NCBI GenBank assembly: GCA_035221665.1
Contig: CM069140.1
Location: 23,746,001 to 23,810,000 of the forward strand
DNA from: Okamejei kenojei
Taxonomy: Eukaryota
Length of the DNA: 64,000 bases
Direction of reading: 5' to 3'
Shown piece by piece: positions 34,894 to 48,939 of this stretch (position 1 is its first letter; each line of letters opens with the position of its first letter). The notes under the pieces were generated by a model. That model saw only the letters and a list, made by a program, of their open reading frames with translations, did no database searches and was not told where the DNA came from. The position numbers and the translations under genes were made by a program.

Positions 34894-36232
34894 TCAATTA
34901 CCGATGGCCAACTCCTACAAGACAGGAACAAGATTTTTTTTGTATTTCTCATTGAGCCTTTTTGAGGTTCTTTTGGGGCACATTATCCATTTTGCCACGA
35001 TTTTGAGCTGCACCCACCAGGAACTGGACCAAGGTTGCCGAGACTCATTGAGCACAAACAGCCAGACTTTCATCAACCATTTCCCCAAAGTATTGCTGTT
35101 ATAAAATGCATTGTGATGAATTAGATTGAAATTCAGGTTCTAAAAGAGAAAGGCAGGTCATAACTCACTTTGATATTTACTTTCTTTATTTAAAAAAAAT
35201 TCTCTGGTCATTGCTCATCTGAGCATACTCTTATTTATTTCTCTCATGCTACTGTGTGCATACCAAATATATTCTCCTCTTCCACCTCTATACATCTGAT
35301 GTTAAATATTCTGACTCTTACCCTAACTTATCTACTTCAGGTATTTCAAAACTATGAAACTCCAAACTCTGTACGTGGTCTATCCACTCTATCCTCTTTC
35401 CCCACCTTTCTTGCAACCTACAATATTTCTGTCCCAGAAAATGCATTGGCATTACTTTACAATTACTTAATAACATATCTCAGTGGTGCACAATCTTATG
35501 TGCATGATTTAAATATGGATGGGGGAACACGAAAGATTATAAAAGGCTTTAGTAATCTAGAGATAATTTGACGTTCTAAAAAATATAAAGATAAATAAAG
35601 ATAATTTCATCATAACTGCTCAGACCTTGTGGAATGCTGCCAGCCCTTCAGAATTCCCAGGACTGCACCAGCTCATTAAAAGGAGTCACTTGTGATGATA
35701 ACAAGTGTTTATGGAGGCCCATGTATTTAACTAAGAAGGGCTTTCTTTGTAATGATTTGCATCCATTGATTTATCTAATTAACATACCTTTCCAACTTAG
35801 GCAATTTTCTGATATTTTCATCCCATATTTTCATATTTAAATAGCATTGGCGATGACTTTTCTTTTAAACACCTGGAAGAGTTAGAATAAACTAATTTGC
35901 CATCATAATATTGATGAAGATAATGTTGGTCCGAAAAATAAGAATTATCGAACTCTGAATGTTAACCTGTGAAGGGGATGCTAAGCTCATTGATAAGCAT
36001 AATCTCTCTTCTGGATGCACTAGAAAGGGTGTTTATTAATTATTTAACTGCCTTTTATAAATAAGAATAATTGATTAAAGGTAAATATTATCTAGTAATT
36101 TGTATGGAACACCTCTTGTTGTGATACCTTGTTTTGCTCCATAAAACAATACCACCAATCTTATTAATTGGATAATTTCCAGGCATTCTTTTTCCAACAG
36201 ATGAAACATGAGTGGAAGGAGATAATGAGAGA

Positions 36233-36399
36233 GGGTAGACACAAAATGCTGGAGCAACTCATCTCTGGAGAGAAGGAATAGGTGATGTTTTGGGTCGAGA
36301 CCCTTCAGACTCAGTCTGAAGAACTCAGTCCCGCTGAGTTACTCCAGCATTTTGTGTCTATCTTTGATTTAAACCAGCATCTGAAGTTCTTTCCTACAC
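36233..36399. mobile_element. Penelope-pLTR hairpin mini-element, 14-bp TSD
   Basis: TSD gagataatgagaga at 36219-36232 and 36400-36413. Arms meet at cttcagact|cagtctgaag (~36303-36321). Confidence 0.88.
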
Positions 36400-37214
36400 G
36401 AGATAATGAGAGAAATCTGTTATTAACGTTCATAGGCATTAATTAACAATTCATTGAGATTTATTCATTTTAACTGTGTGTCAACATTATAGCTTACTTC
36501 ATAAATTGTTGGATTTTAATAATAATAAATTAATTACAATGACTCTAAAAGTCACTTCCATTGTGTTTGAAACCATCCTCTGCTGAAGAGACGTGTCTCT
36601 TTGCACTCCCTAATTAATCTTAGCTTCTCTCTAATTTAAACTATATTACTTTCAGGAACTGAGCATCACGAGCATTTATTACTCCTCCCATGTTGCCTTT
36701 TGCCTGAGTAGCTTGCTTCAGTAGACATATAAAATAACTCACACAGGAAATGTTTGGAGAAGGATGGCACTTTGTCTCTCTGAAGAGCATTAATAAACCA
36801 GACAGATTTCAACAATAATCCTATAGCTATTGCACTCATTGCTAAGAGTAGTGTTTGTTGCTCTTTCGAAATTTCAGATCAGGAATTTAATTTAAATTCC
36901 ATAGTTGTTGTGGCAGGATTTGAACTCGGGTCTCTGGATTATGGTTAAGGGTTCTGCATTAATAGTTAGACCACTGTACTCAAAATGTTTCCACATGCAG
37001 GTTCACATTATGGCAATGCATACTCATAATTGGGAAAGGGTGGAAGAGCTAAACAATCACTCTGGTTATCATTTTACCCACAGTTTCTTGGATAGTGAGA
37101 TATGCGAACTTCAGGAATTAAAGATTTACTGAGAATTCCAAATGCTTATTGAGGTAGAAGTACTTTGGTTAATAATAGACTGAGAATCTTAAGTCTGCTT
37201 CTCTTGCAACCATA

Positions 37215-37985
37215 GGTGGATCCCTCCTCCACATCTCCTCTGTGTCCCATAGTTCTGCTCTCACTCCCCCTCCCCTCAAACGGAAGAAGGATAGAGTTTC
37301 CCTGGCCCTCACCTGTCACTACACCAAATGCTCGGCCCGCCAAAGCCTACTGGATTTCCCGGCTACCAACCACTCCTCTTCCCATTCCCATACAGTCCTT
37401 TCTGTCCTGGGCCTCCTCCATTGCATAAGGTCACATGCAAATTGGAGGAACAGCACCTCATATTCCACTTTGGCAGCTTACAACCCACCAGTATGAACAT
37501 TGAATTCTCCAATTTTAGATAAGCACAACACTGCTCCCCCCCCATTGTCCTGTTTTCCCATCCCTCCCCCACATCCTCTTCCATGTGCCCCGCATGCACT
37601 CACTTTCTCCCTTTCTACCTTCAATTCCTCCCTTTCTACCTACAATCCATCCTCAGCTTCACAATTTGCGACTCTTCTATCCTTTTGTCTCACACCCTCT
37701 GTTTTTTCATCTATGGCCTTTGTTCAACTATCTGCCTACGAAATAAAACCCTCACCTGTATACACCTTTTACCTGCCAAGATTTGTCCTGCCCACACCTG
37801 TATACATCTATTACCTGCAAGATGTGTCAGCTTCCTTCCACCCCACCAGCCCTCTCCACCACCATCTGTCTGATAAAGGATCCAGACCTGAAACATCACC
37901 TATCCGTTCTCTCCAGTGTTGCTGCTTTACCCGTTGAGTTTCTCCAGCACTTTGTGTCTATTGTGTAAACTTCTGAGTTCCTTGT
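37215..37985 (+). mobile_element. Penelope-like 3' fragment (end of GIY-YIG, 3' UTR, decayed pLTR)
   Basis: KLEEQHLIFHFGSLQP..MNIEFSNFR* at ~37440-37522. Decayed hammerhead CTGATAA...GAAACATC at 37870-37897. A further 3' UTR piece lies at 38490-38770. Confidence 0.8.
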
Positions 37986-40398
37986 TCCTACTCTCTCTTG
38001 TATCATTGTTGCTTTTTTTTCAAGAAAGGAGAGCAATAAAATATACAGTACCTACATTAAAACACAAAAAGGATCATTTGGAATATTTTGAACTGTGGCA
38101 AGAAAATTCTCTGAATTTGTAGCAATTTTGCCAGTAATTAGATATTAGTAATTAGTCATTTAATATTAGTGCAGATGTTATAACAGTACGGGCCAAATGG
38201 GTGAAATATTGTACATTTATCTTGCTACAAATATTTTTTTTAAACTTTTAATTGATAGAAATTTGTCATTGCCTTTGCAAAGATTTTTTTTTCTGGAATG
38301 ATAACAATAGTTTATGTCATGGAATTCTGGAAATCTGAGGATGCAATATTGCTTCATCCATGAGGCAATTTCTGTCATGGTACACAAGAATTTCTACTCT
38401 CATAGGACCTCATAGTAATATTGTGCATTACTCTGAAGGTACTTTGCAATTTTCCTAAATGGAGAGGGTTGGGCAGAATAAGTCACCAGCATCATTCCAC
38501 CTACATTCCTTCTTCTAGCTTCACGTTTCACAACTCCTCAACCCTTTTGTCTCATACCTTGTCTCATCATCTCAGGCCTTTGTCCACCATCTGCCTATCA
38601 ATCCCCCCTTACCTGTATCACCTATGCCCTGTCAGGCTTTGTCTTGCCTCTTCAATCAATTTGAAGAAGGATATTTGTCACCTAACCATTGTCCTTCAGA
38701 GTTGCTGCCTGACCCTCTGAGTTACTCCAGCACTTGTGTCTTTTTTTTGTCAATCTGCAGTTCCTTGCATCTAATTCACTTGCAGTTGGGCATTTCAGCC
38801 TCCTAGGTTAAAACTCCAGCAGTGATTTTAAGAATTACCCCCGCTGTGTTTGAAACCTTTCCACGTTACAGAGATGAGTGCTTCTGTTCAATGCAAGTTA
38901 TGGGGACCTCTATGAAGACGTGTACACTAGGAAGTACTTGTTATGTACTCGTTATGTACTTGGTACTTCGTCCTTATGTAGGAAGACTTGTTCAACAGAG
39001 AGCTGAAGGACAAAGTCCCAACTGTGCTCAGTTGGCTGATCCCTGTGGCAGTTGGAGTCCAACAACTGGTGGTGATATTCTTGCTTCCTGTTGCTACCAA
39101 GTGAATGTCATTTGGTAGCTGAAGACTCAGCTTCCACTTCTTTGCAGTTGGACGTTCATTCGGCTTCTGCATGAAAACTGACACGACATATGAGACATGG
39201 ACATTGGAGTAAGTTATGTCTTGTAAATGCATTCAGAGTCACTTATGTTGAACGGTGAATTATGTGTGGTTGAGTGTGGAAACTATGATGTGGCCCTGGG
39301 TGGGATTATCACTTGAGTGAGGTATGAGAATGTTGCCACATTTTGTGAATCTCTGGATCAGCACTCGGAAGGGGACAGTAAAATGGGAAATTGGAAAAAA
39401 AAAAATTAAGTATTAAAGTTAACAGAAATGGAAGATGTATTTAAGAGAAATATAATCTGCACTCACAAAGCTGTTTCAAGGAGAATCAACCAGTCTGTAG
39501 TTTAAGGGTAACATTGCTGCCTCTGGCTCAGAAAGGACAGGATTAAAGACATTTCCAACAACCCTAAGTCATGAGTGGCTAGAATATATGTGTTCATACC
39601 CAGTGTCATCAATGGTTGCTCCCTACAATGGCTATGTACTAAGGCACTGCACTTACAGTACCATGACTTGTGTTGGGGTGTGATGCTGTTGTTCTGTACG
39701 CAAATGTGGTAGCCATGTGGCATCCCATCTCATCATCCCAGCACGATGATTCCATCATGCTAATTAATCTGCTTTTGATCATGTCAGTTGAGGGAGGAAT
39801 ATTTACAAGGACATTGGGAAATTACCTGACCTTTCAATAGAACTGCGATAGACTGGCAGACAGGTCCAATCTTAACATTTCATCTGAAAGCCTATTCTTT
39901 GATTCAGCGGTTAACATAAACACTATTTTTTTGATACATTAAAGTTTGGGATGAAAGTATTTCCGCAATCTCCTTTTCAGTTTTGTTTTAATTTAACACG
40001 TTTGGCAAAACACTATGTCAGAGAAAAAGGTACATTATGACATTTTGTAGAGAAAGCTGGCAGAATTCATAGCCACTCCGAGTAATAAAGACCTACCTTA
40101 AAGCTCACGTAGCATAATAAAAACTATGGGGTCACCGTAAAGTTTGGGTTTATTGACAAGAACAAATAACTTTAATATTTGGCAGAAGCACTGAACCCTG
40201 AGCAGCATTTGTATTTGACACATCAGCAGCCAACTAGCCGTGACTGTTCCTCCACTTGTGCTCATCTCCTCTACAATGATTCACGCTCTGAGCATGACAG
40301 GTGTCCATTTATAGAGTCATTCATTTGGAAATTGTAGCATGTTCTGGGGTTTAGAGCCCTGGTTAATTGTCAGTGCACAGATGTCACAGCCCCCCACC

Positions 40399-40440
<42 letters not shown>

Positions 40441-43400
40441 ACCACCACCAACCCCCCCCTCACCACCACCAACTAGCCTTACCCCTCATTTGTATCCATT
40501 GTTCATCCTTTCACAAGCTGAAAACAGCTGATGTAGACATGAAAATTATTTTAAAAACAATAGGATTTGAATCAGAACCAGAGTATCCTCACAACAATTA
40601 AATAAGCACAAAAATATTAAATGTCCAAACATGGAATAGCGACATCATGTGGCTTTTGTAAATTTACCTGGAGACAGCTGCTATTGCCAATAGTCTGTAT
40701 TTGTTGAGCAACTCCATCACTGCAATCTTTTATTTTTATATGCCAGGCACTGACTGCTGTAACAGAGTGGGTTGATGGTCTGGACTCATAACTGTTGGTA
40801 AAATGTTATGCTAATTTCTCCACGTGGTCACGGACTTGGATACCCAAGGGACTGCTTGACAGAAGAGCCATGATGATTATCATAATTAACACCAGCTTTG
40901 AAACAGGCGCAGATCCAAGAGCTTCCTGCAACTCTTCCTGGTCTACTAAATGTTTCCCTATTATTCTAAAACAATAGCTAGTGTTAATATAGAAAAACCT
41001 GGGGCCAGATGTACAATGCTATTCTCGGGGATTGCAACAACTCTCTGGTGACAATAAAAAAAAAGAAACTTTAGTTTAAACAAAAAAAAGTTCCACCATA
41101 TTTGCTCAGACTAACTATGATGAAAGGCAATGAAGGCAAAAAGGCTTCTCGTGTAAGTATCAATATAAATATTACTGCAAGGTCAATTAATATGTAAATT
41201 AACTCCTACATTTAATTAGCTATTTAACTATTTTCTGAAGCATGGACATATTAAATCATGCTTAAAGACCCCTCTAACTAGCCTCCTGACAATAGTGCTG
41301 GGGAGTCACAGGCTCATAAAACACCGACTTGACCTATAAAGGGCTTTGAGTCTGCTAATTCCATCTCAGCCTAATTTTATTACTTGCATAAAATAACCAT
41401 AGTGTAGCTTTGTGGCTGTAAAACTGATAAGGATAATAAAACATAGCCAGGAAAGCATCTGAAATTTCCTCTTTTTTCCAGTGTCCTCATTTATTATTCT
41501 ATTATTCTTTGCTAGATACCAAACCCATGCAAAAGACAAATGACCTTATTATATTAAATAATTTGTGAGGATATTAACCGTTAATCACACACAAACAGCA
41601 TTTAAAGGGTATTGATTTTCCGCACTCTCAACAGCTTGTAAAATTTATGTCCAATAACAAGATTATAGATAATCCGGTGAATTATATGAGTCAAATAGGG
41701 ACAAAGAGAGATGAGGTCAAGACATAGGGGTCAAACTTGCACAAGAACACTAGGTATAGCTTAGCCTGTGGGTAAACAATTTGCACTGACCACATCCAAC
41801 AATTTAGAATAACCTGAAATAAATTAAAGATAAAACCAGAAATTTAAAACAGCATATTCCAGAATGCATTGCTGGTCGCTCAGTAACTGAAGGAGAAAAA
41901 ACAGCACATATTTTAATCAATATACTTGAAGATGCTGTATAAACCGTGTTGTAATCAATTTTTCCTACATTTCTCCCCTCCTATGCTAACATACACTAGA
42001 ATGACCTTCCTCAGACACATACCCGACACCTTGTTAAAATGCCCATTCTTTTTGCCAGTTTTGATAATGATCACTGGCAAACCATTTAACGCTGGGAATT
42101 ATTATTAGGTAAATTGATTCTTTCCTTACTTGATGTCCATGGATCTTCCAGCAGGTGTCACTGGATAGCAATTAGAAGTGGAAGCACTGGGTAATTTTCC
42201 TCTCCCTAGTCCTTGGGTACTGGGCACTAAGGCAATTGCATGAATCCTACCTTCTGCTCAGCAGAGATCGACGAAGCACAGATGTAAAAACAAACCTAGC
42301 TCATCCAAAACTGGGAGAACTCAGTGCCAGCTTAGGCAACACTCACATATCCACTGAAAGCTGTAAGAATGGAGACCATTTTCTTTAACAATGCATATTG
42401 ATGTATACTTTGTTCTCTTCAAACATTATTCTCTTCAAAATTAAAAAATGAATGTTTTGCTAATGTTATCCGCTAGTTTCATATCTACTTTTATTGAATG
42501 GTAACTGGTACATTCTGCCTACCCTCTTTTGATTCCTGTCTGTTACAATCTTGCAATCAGGAAGGCAAAACACAGCTCTCAGCATTCAATGTCTTTGTCA
42601 CTAACAGCATTGCCTTTTGCCTAGAATCAATTCCTTTCTGTTTACAGACCATTTCACAGCCCTTTACCTGCGCTGGCACTTGTGTCACTCATATAAACAC
42701 TTTCAGATATAACGCTTGAATTAGCATAATGGTAAATGCATGACTCTCAAAAAATGCAAGAGGAAAAAAAGCAAGCGTCAACATGGTTCTTTCAGTGAGG
42801 CAATTAGAGCCCATTATATTGCTTCACTGGAAATATCATCAAGGTTAAACCCTCTCCCAACAACCCCTCCAACCTTTTTAGACCTCGTCTATTAAATGAA
42901 GCATAGAAACTGATATGTTAGTAAACAATTTTGCTTTCCAGGCTTTTTAACTTTCAGAATTAATCAGCTCACTCATTTCCTGAATGCAGCATGCAATATC
43001 TTCCCCGATCTTAAGGGTTGCTGGGCTTTCCATTTTGCTGGTTGATTTCCCCTCTCTTCAATATGTGACAAGTGGATTTCCACAATGTTCGTCAGAGTAC
43101 TACTACCTCAGCCAAATGGCCACTCTTCTTGTATGTGACTGAACAGTAAATGTGGGTGGTCTTTTAGACCAGAACAGGCTGAACTTGATTTTTTTCATAC
43201 CAAGGAATACACATTCCATCAGGGACTACCTGATAATAGCCATAAAAAGGGGAATCTGTCCTGAATCTTCCCATCGAAGTGCAGGAATGCCTATGCCAAT
43301 AATTAAAAATAGCAATTGCCTTATTGTATCCTAAGTTTAGAGACTTTAGTTTATACATTCAAATTTACCATAAGCCACGGCTGAATGGATGACTCTATGA

Positions 43401-44299
43401 ATCTATATGTGCTTTTAATTGTAGGCACATTTCTACGTTGGCCTTAACACCAGACAATTGCAGGAGTGCATTCAGCTTTCAGAACATTTTCCTTTTTGTG
43501 TGTCTCCTTATTGCATTGGCCTAGCTTGTATATTTCATGCTGGTTGGGATGAATAGGGAATGTTGGAGATGGAGATGTTGTTGTGGCCTCTTTCAGACAA
43601 TAATGAGGTGATAAGTTTACAGAAAGGAAACCTCCAGCTGCTCTATCCTTCACTTGTCACCCAAGCTGATCCAATGCCTGGGGTTTTCCTCTTTAACATG
43701 CTTGGAGCTAGCTGATTTCCATCACATTCACAAGCAACACTTAAAACAATACCAGGGATGATTCTCTTTGCTGTTAACTCTTCCTCTTTCACATAATGCT
43801 TTATGGTATCACACCTATATTGTTATTTAAGTCGAATCCAAAGGAGTGAGCTTTTGCTGGCTATTAAACGTGGGAGGATATAACAGGAGTGCCAATTTTC
43901 TAATTACTACCAGGAGGAAGTGTAGTCCTATTCAAATTGGTGCCTTGCAGAGAAGTATTTGTGCAAACCAAACGGTATTTTGGAACCTTGACAATGTACC
44001 AGCATCTCCCCAAATAATGAACTGCCCATGCCTACATGCAACAAAACTTTGATAATATTCAGGCAAGTAACGTTTTTGTGACATAATTGCCAGCCACCAA
44101 CCATCTCCAATATGGTGACATCCAACTAGTGAATTATTACCAACCAACACAATGTCTTTGGCATCTCTATGATATCCACCTTCAGTATCTGTGACTTCTT
44201 CACTAACCTGATTTTTTTGGAATCAGAGGCTGGCTATGGTTTGTAGAATCACTTATGCCATAATTGTTCAACGTTTTTTTTTCCACCAATATACAAGGC

Positions 44300-44440
44300 A
44301 TCAAGTTCATAAGTTCCTAGGTGATAGGAGTAGAATTAGGCTATTCGGCCCATCAGGTCTACTCCACAATTCAATCATAGCTGATCTATCTTTCCCTCAT
44401 AGCCCCATTCTCCCGCCTTCTCCCCATAACCCCTAACACC
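44300..44440 (-). mobile_element. CR1 3' tail
   Basis: Reverse complement of the motif at 28735-28865. Confidence 0.75.
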
Positions 44441-47400
44441 CTGGGAACGCAATAGAATATTTTCCAAACATCTGGCTAAGTGCAGTTCCGTTATCCAAGA
44501 AGCTCAATACCATCCAAAACAAAGCAGTCTGTTTGAATGTTACACGCCCACCATTTTAAGCATTCATTTCCACCACCACAGGTTCAAATTCGCTGCATTA
44601 TGTACAATGTACAATGAAGACTGCAGCAACTCACCACAGCTTCTTCAGAAGCGCTCTCCAAACCCGTGCTCTCTGCCAGAACAGCTAGAACATAGTGCAC
44701 CACCATCTCCAAGTTCAACTCCAACTCTCACGTTACCCTGACATTGGAAACATATTCCTATTCCTTCATTGTCACTGGGTCAGAACCTTTGTTATAAGAA
44801 CAATTGTGAATGAAGAATGTTCTGCAGCACTTTTTCAAGGGCAATTAGGGAACGTTAAATATATTGTACATCTATCATAGATGCCCACATCTTGTAAAGC
44901 AAATTAAGAAAATAGAATGTTGAGGAATTAATTTACCCACTGAAACACCAAAGGGAGTTGAAAAAAGAAAACCAGAGAGAATTTTTAAAAATTGTGCTGG
45001 TATATTCATGGCCTGTGATTTATGACTCCTTTATGCTGATAAAGGATCGGCTGTAACACACACCAGTGGTACAATAAGTATTAGACACCAATTCCACCTT
45101 TTTTTTAAAAAAGCCCATTAAATGGGGTTATCCATATTACTGTAATTTTTTATTGCAAAATCTGTATTATTGAATTGTGGACAGGTTAATGATAACAGCA
45201 AGAATTAAACTAAACAAACTGTGGGAAATCAACATTTAATTCCGTGTGAACGTTTTATCTGAAATTATTTGCAAAATCTCTCCTTTCAGGATGGTTATTA
45301 ATTTCTTGCTGGCGTTTGAACAATGTAGATTTGCTACCCAGCACACTTAAATTCTGCTAACCTGTCATGACAAATTCTGATATTTTGACTGTTAATATGC
45401 TAGAAACGAAAATTATTTATACATATTTTTTGCGGTTGACTAGCTTGTATTTGATCACTACTGCTGGAAATGAAAGCAGAAACCACGAAATTTACATGTC
45501 ATCTCTTGATGTATTTCTAGATTATAAAATGATCAGAAACACAAAAAATAATTTGCATCAAATGATGGCTATCGTGATCCTGCTGACAAGCTCTCTTGAT
45601 ATTCCCCCCTTGGTTTCTGATACATTTCATGCGATTTCAATCTATTGACAAGCCCAGCCATTAAACACAGTCAGTGGAGACAGCAAGAAAAATTTCTAAA
45701 GGTTATTTTTCCTTCACTCACCATTGCACACATACACTGTGTAGAATCAGGAGTGAATCATATTTAGAATCTGCATGCATTATGATACGCTACATGGCAT
45801 TCATCAACCCTGTTTAGTTATGGTTAGGCTGAGAGGTAAAAGATGCAATCTAGACTCTGCATGGGGTCTGAAATAGAGATGTGTGGAGCTGCAATAAATT
45901 ATTCACGTCTTACAAGGAAGGAGAAAAATTTCTTTTCAGCTGTATAAAATGACAATTTGCCATTGAAGGTGGAAGGAATGCCATCATTTTTTGTTCAATT
46001 ACAAAGGCAAATATTTATTATTTATAAGTACTAATCTTGTAGGGGCTTAATGTTATTTATAAACCTGTTGCACAGTGATTTTCAATGTAACTCATTATTT
46101 TTAGCCTGAGGGTGTTGTAAAAGAGCAGTGATATATTTAATGACACCGGGCTAGTCAGCGCAATTACAGTGTAATCATTATGTAAAATGTGCTATTAATT
46201 AAACCAAATTCTTCGTGGTACGTGGTTGTCTGCGGAGGTTTTAATCTTCATCTCCAGTAATCTTCTTTACAGCTTTTCACCTGTTACTTTCTATTGTTAG
46301 TTAGCAAATGAAATATTTCAGAAGGGTAAAAATAATTCAATATCCAGTCTCTTTATTTTAAATTAAATAATCCTATACTGCTAACCAGTTTTGGATTTTC
46401 TTTTAGGTTGGTTTCAGGCACAGCTTTGCAGTGAGTGATTGGGGAAGTCAAATTGTTCTACCCTCAGCTTCTCATATTTTCAAAATAACTGATTAAATGT
46501 AGATAAAGAGCCAAGGCATGTAACACGGTGCAGCATCAAAGGTGGTAAAAAATGTAAGAAAAGGCATTTAAAATATTTTTTTTTAAGCACAACAGCGATA
46601 ATATAAGTTTTCAAAACCCGTGCATTGCAAATAGCAAAAAAAGACTGAGATAGATGAAATTATAAGCAGTTACATGGTTGCATTGAAAGAATGTTACAGT
46701 ACCATGCATGCTAATAATTTTGATTCCAGCACAAGTGAAGGTACAAAAAATGCAGGGTTAGGGACAAGTGAGGAATGCATGGAAATTCAATCATATCACA
46801 CTGTTTATCTCAATTTTTTTTCCAGAACAAAGCATGATAAACATCATTCAGTTTTTCTGTGTCAGGTTCTATGAGGTGACTTCATAACCATGAAACATTA
46901 TTTTTGATACATTGTTGGAAAATTTAAACTGCGTTGTTTAAGGGGTGGCCATTGCTGGTCACTGCCCTGACAACCTCATCTTCCAAGTGCCATGCCAGGT
47001 ACCTACCTTTTATCATTTTATCTGGTCGTGGATTCGAATCCCACTTCTGACATCATGTAATTACCGGACTCCTACACATTTAAAGATACAACACATCTTT
47101 ATTAAACTGCTTACAGTATTGGATATGCAGCACATTACATGTCCAAACTTCTACATCTACCGCCTGACATAGGCGAGTTCCTAATATTATAAAGCATGTA
47201 CTAGGCGGGGCTACTACTAACAAACTCTAATTGGCTAGTATGCAATAGCCAATCTACAATGTGGATTCCCTCCACTCCACCCTACACCAACAAATCCCCC
47301 CCCCCCCCCCCCCCCCCCCGGACTCCATACCCAGCTTTGTTCAATTTCTGATCCTCTCGACCATAAGTTTTTGCCCAACTTATACCATCAGAGGGTAATC

Positions 47401-48939
47401 CCACCCATCCCATTCATCCCCACAAAATCATGTATCATTCTGCTGGTATCCTGCTTTCCTCCCCATAAATTATTTGTCACTGCATGGATATCCTGATCCC
47501 ACATCACCCTCAATTATCCATCAGTTTGCTGGTATCTATATCCTCACTCCCAATGACCACTCTTCAGCCCTGAGCTCCAATGAATACCAGTCTAACCAAA
47601 ATATTCAGTTGGGGGGAAGGGGATGGAGATCCACCACCTATTAGAGTGCGTTAGAATTTCTAAACTGAAAGATTGAAGAAGCAAAGACCACAAAGTATTA
47701 ATAAAATAAATGAAAAGCTGTCATGGACTTAGAGGTTTGATCGAGAGATGAGAGAATAATCACCTGCAAATGACATATTCTTTCTTGCGTTCCAGTCAGC
47801 AATGTAAGAAATATTATATCTATATGTAAGGACTGAAAGATTAAAAATGTACAAAGAGTCATTACCAATTGGAAAAAATTAATCAAACAATACAAATAGA
47901 CCCCAGATTCAGGAGTTATTAAATTTTCATCGGCTCGATGATTGTTGTGTAATCTGCTGGGGAGGCAGAGCAGGGAGGTTGGGAGGTGCAATAATTTGAC
48001 ACTGATCTTTTACTTTTGGTACCAAAGTTAGGAATACATTTCCCTTTCCATGCTGGCTGTGAAGATTCAATCTGAGTTTAATTTTCTGGTCTGCATGGGC
48101 TGATGGCCATGAGGTGCTAATACTGGCAATCAGACCCAGAGAAACACTGGGATGGCTGGTAGGCAGATACAAAGAAATGCTGCATTAGTGGGGATGAATT
48201 TTCCTATGTTTGGTATTATGCTATAGCATAATAAATACAATTTCTTCATATTATTGTTATTGCTGGTCTGGTAATATGTTTCATTTCATATTATCAAGCT
48301 CACGATAATTAGCAAGGGACTAGTTCCACAACAATGTTCTGACAGAAGTTTCTAACTGACCTTTCCTGAACCCAGAATGAATTGAGCTGATTTGCTAAAT
48401 ACATACTCATCCACATACTTCTGCAAATCAAACCTAGCCAACTGATTTCCTTTCCTCATGGGATCCCGTGAAGTGTTTATTGCCACTCCCATTCTTACCT
48501 AACAATTTCAATCTCATTCTGAAAGGAACTTTATGCAATTAATTTTTGAGGAGTTAATCAGAACAGTAGGACAATGTTGAATAGTGATTTACAACGTCTG
48601 AATATGCTAAAGGACTTAGAGCAATTAGCTAAAAGAAATATGAATGGAAAGACATTGTCTTCTATTGTTGCTACATGACAGAAAATAATAATTTAAACTA
48701 TTAATTAGAAAGACATTCTTGTTTTGGAGTTTAACAGGGATTTCCTGTGAAGAATTGTATGAGCAAAATTGGGATGATGAAAACATTAACATTCCCAGGA
48801 TTTTCACTCGTGTTTCTTAGAACAAAAACATTTATAGACATTCCTTGTCTTACAGATTAAATACATTTGTGAGAATTCCAGATTGTGAAAGTTTTAACAC
48901 AGTCCACTAAAACGGGGAAAGGCAGGTCAGAGAGCAGAT

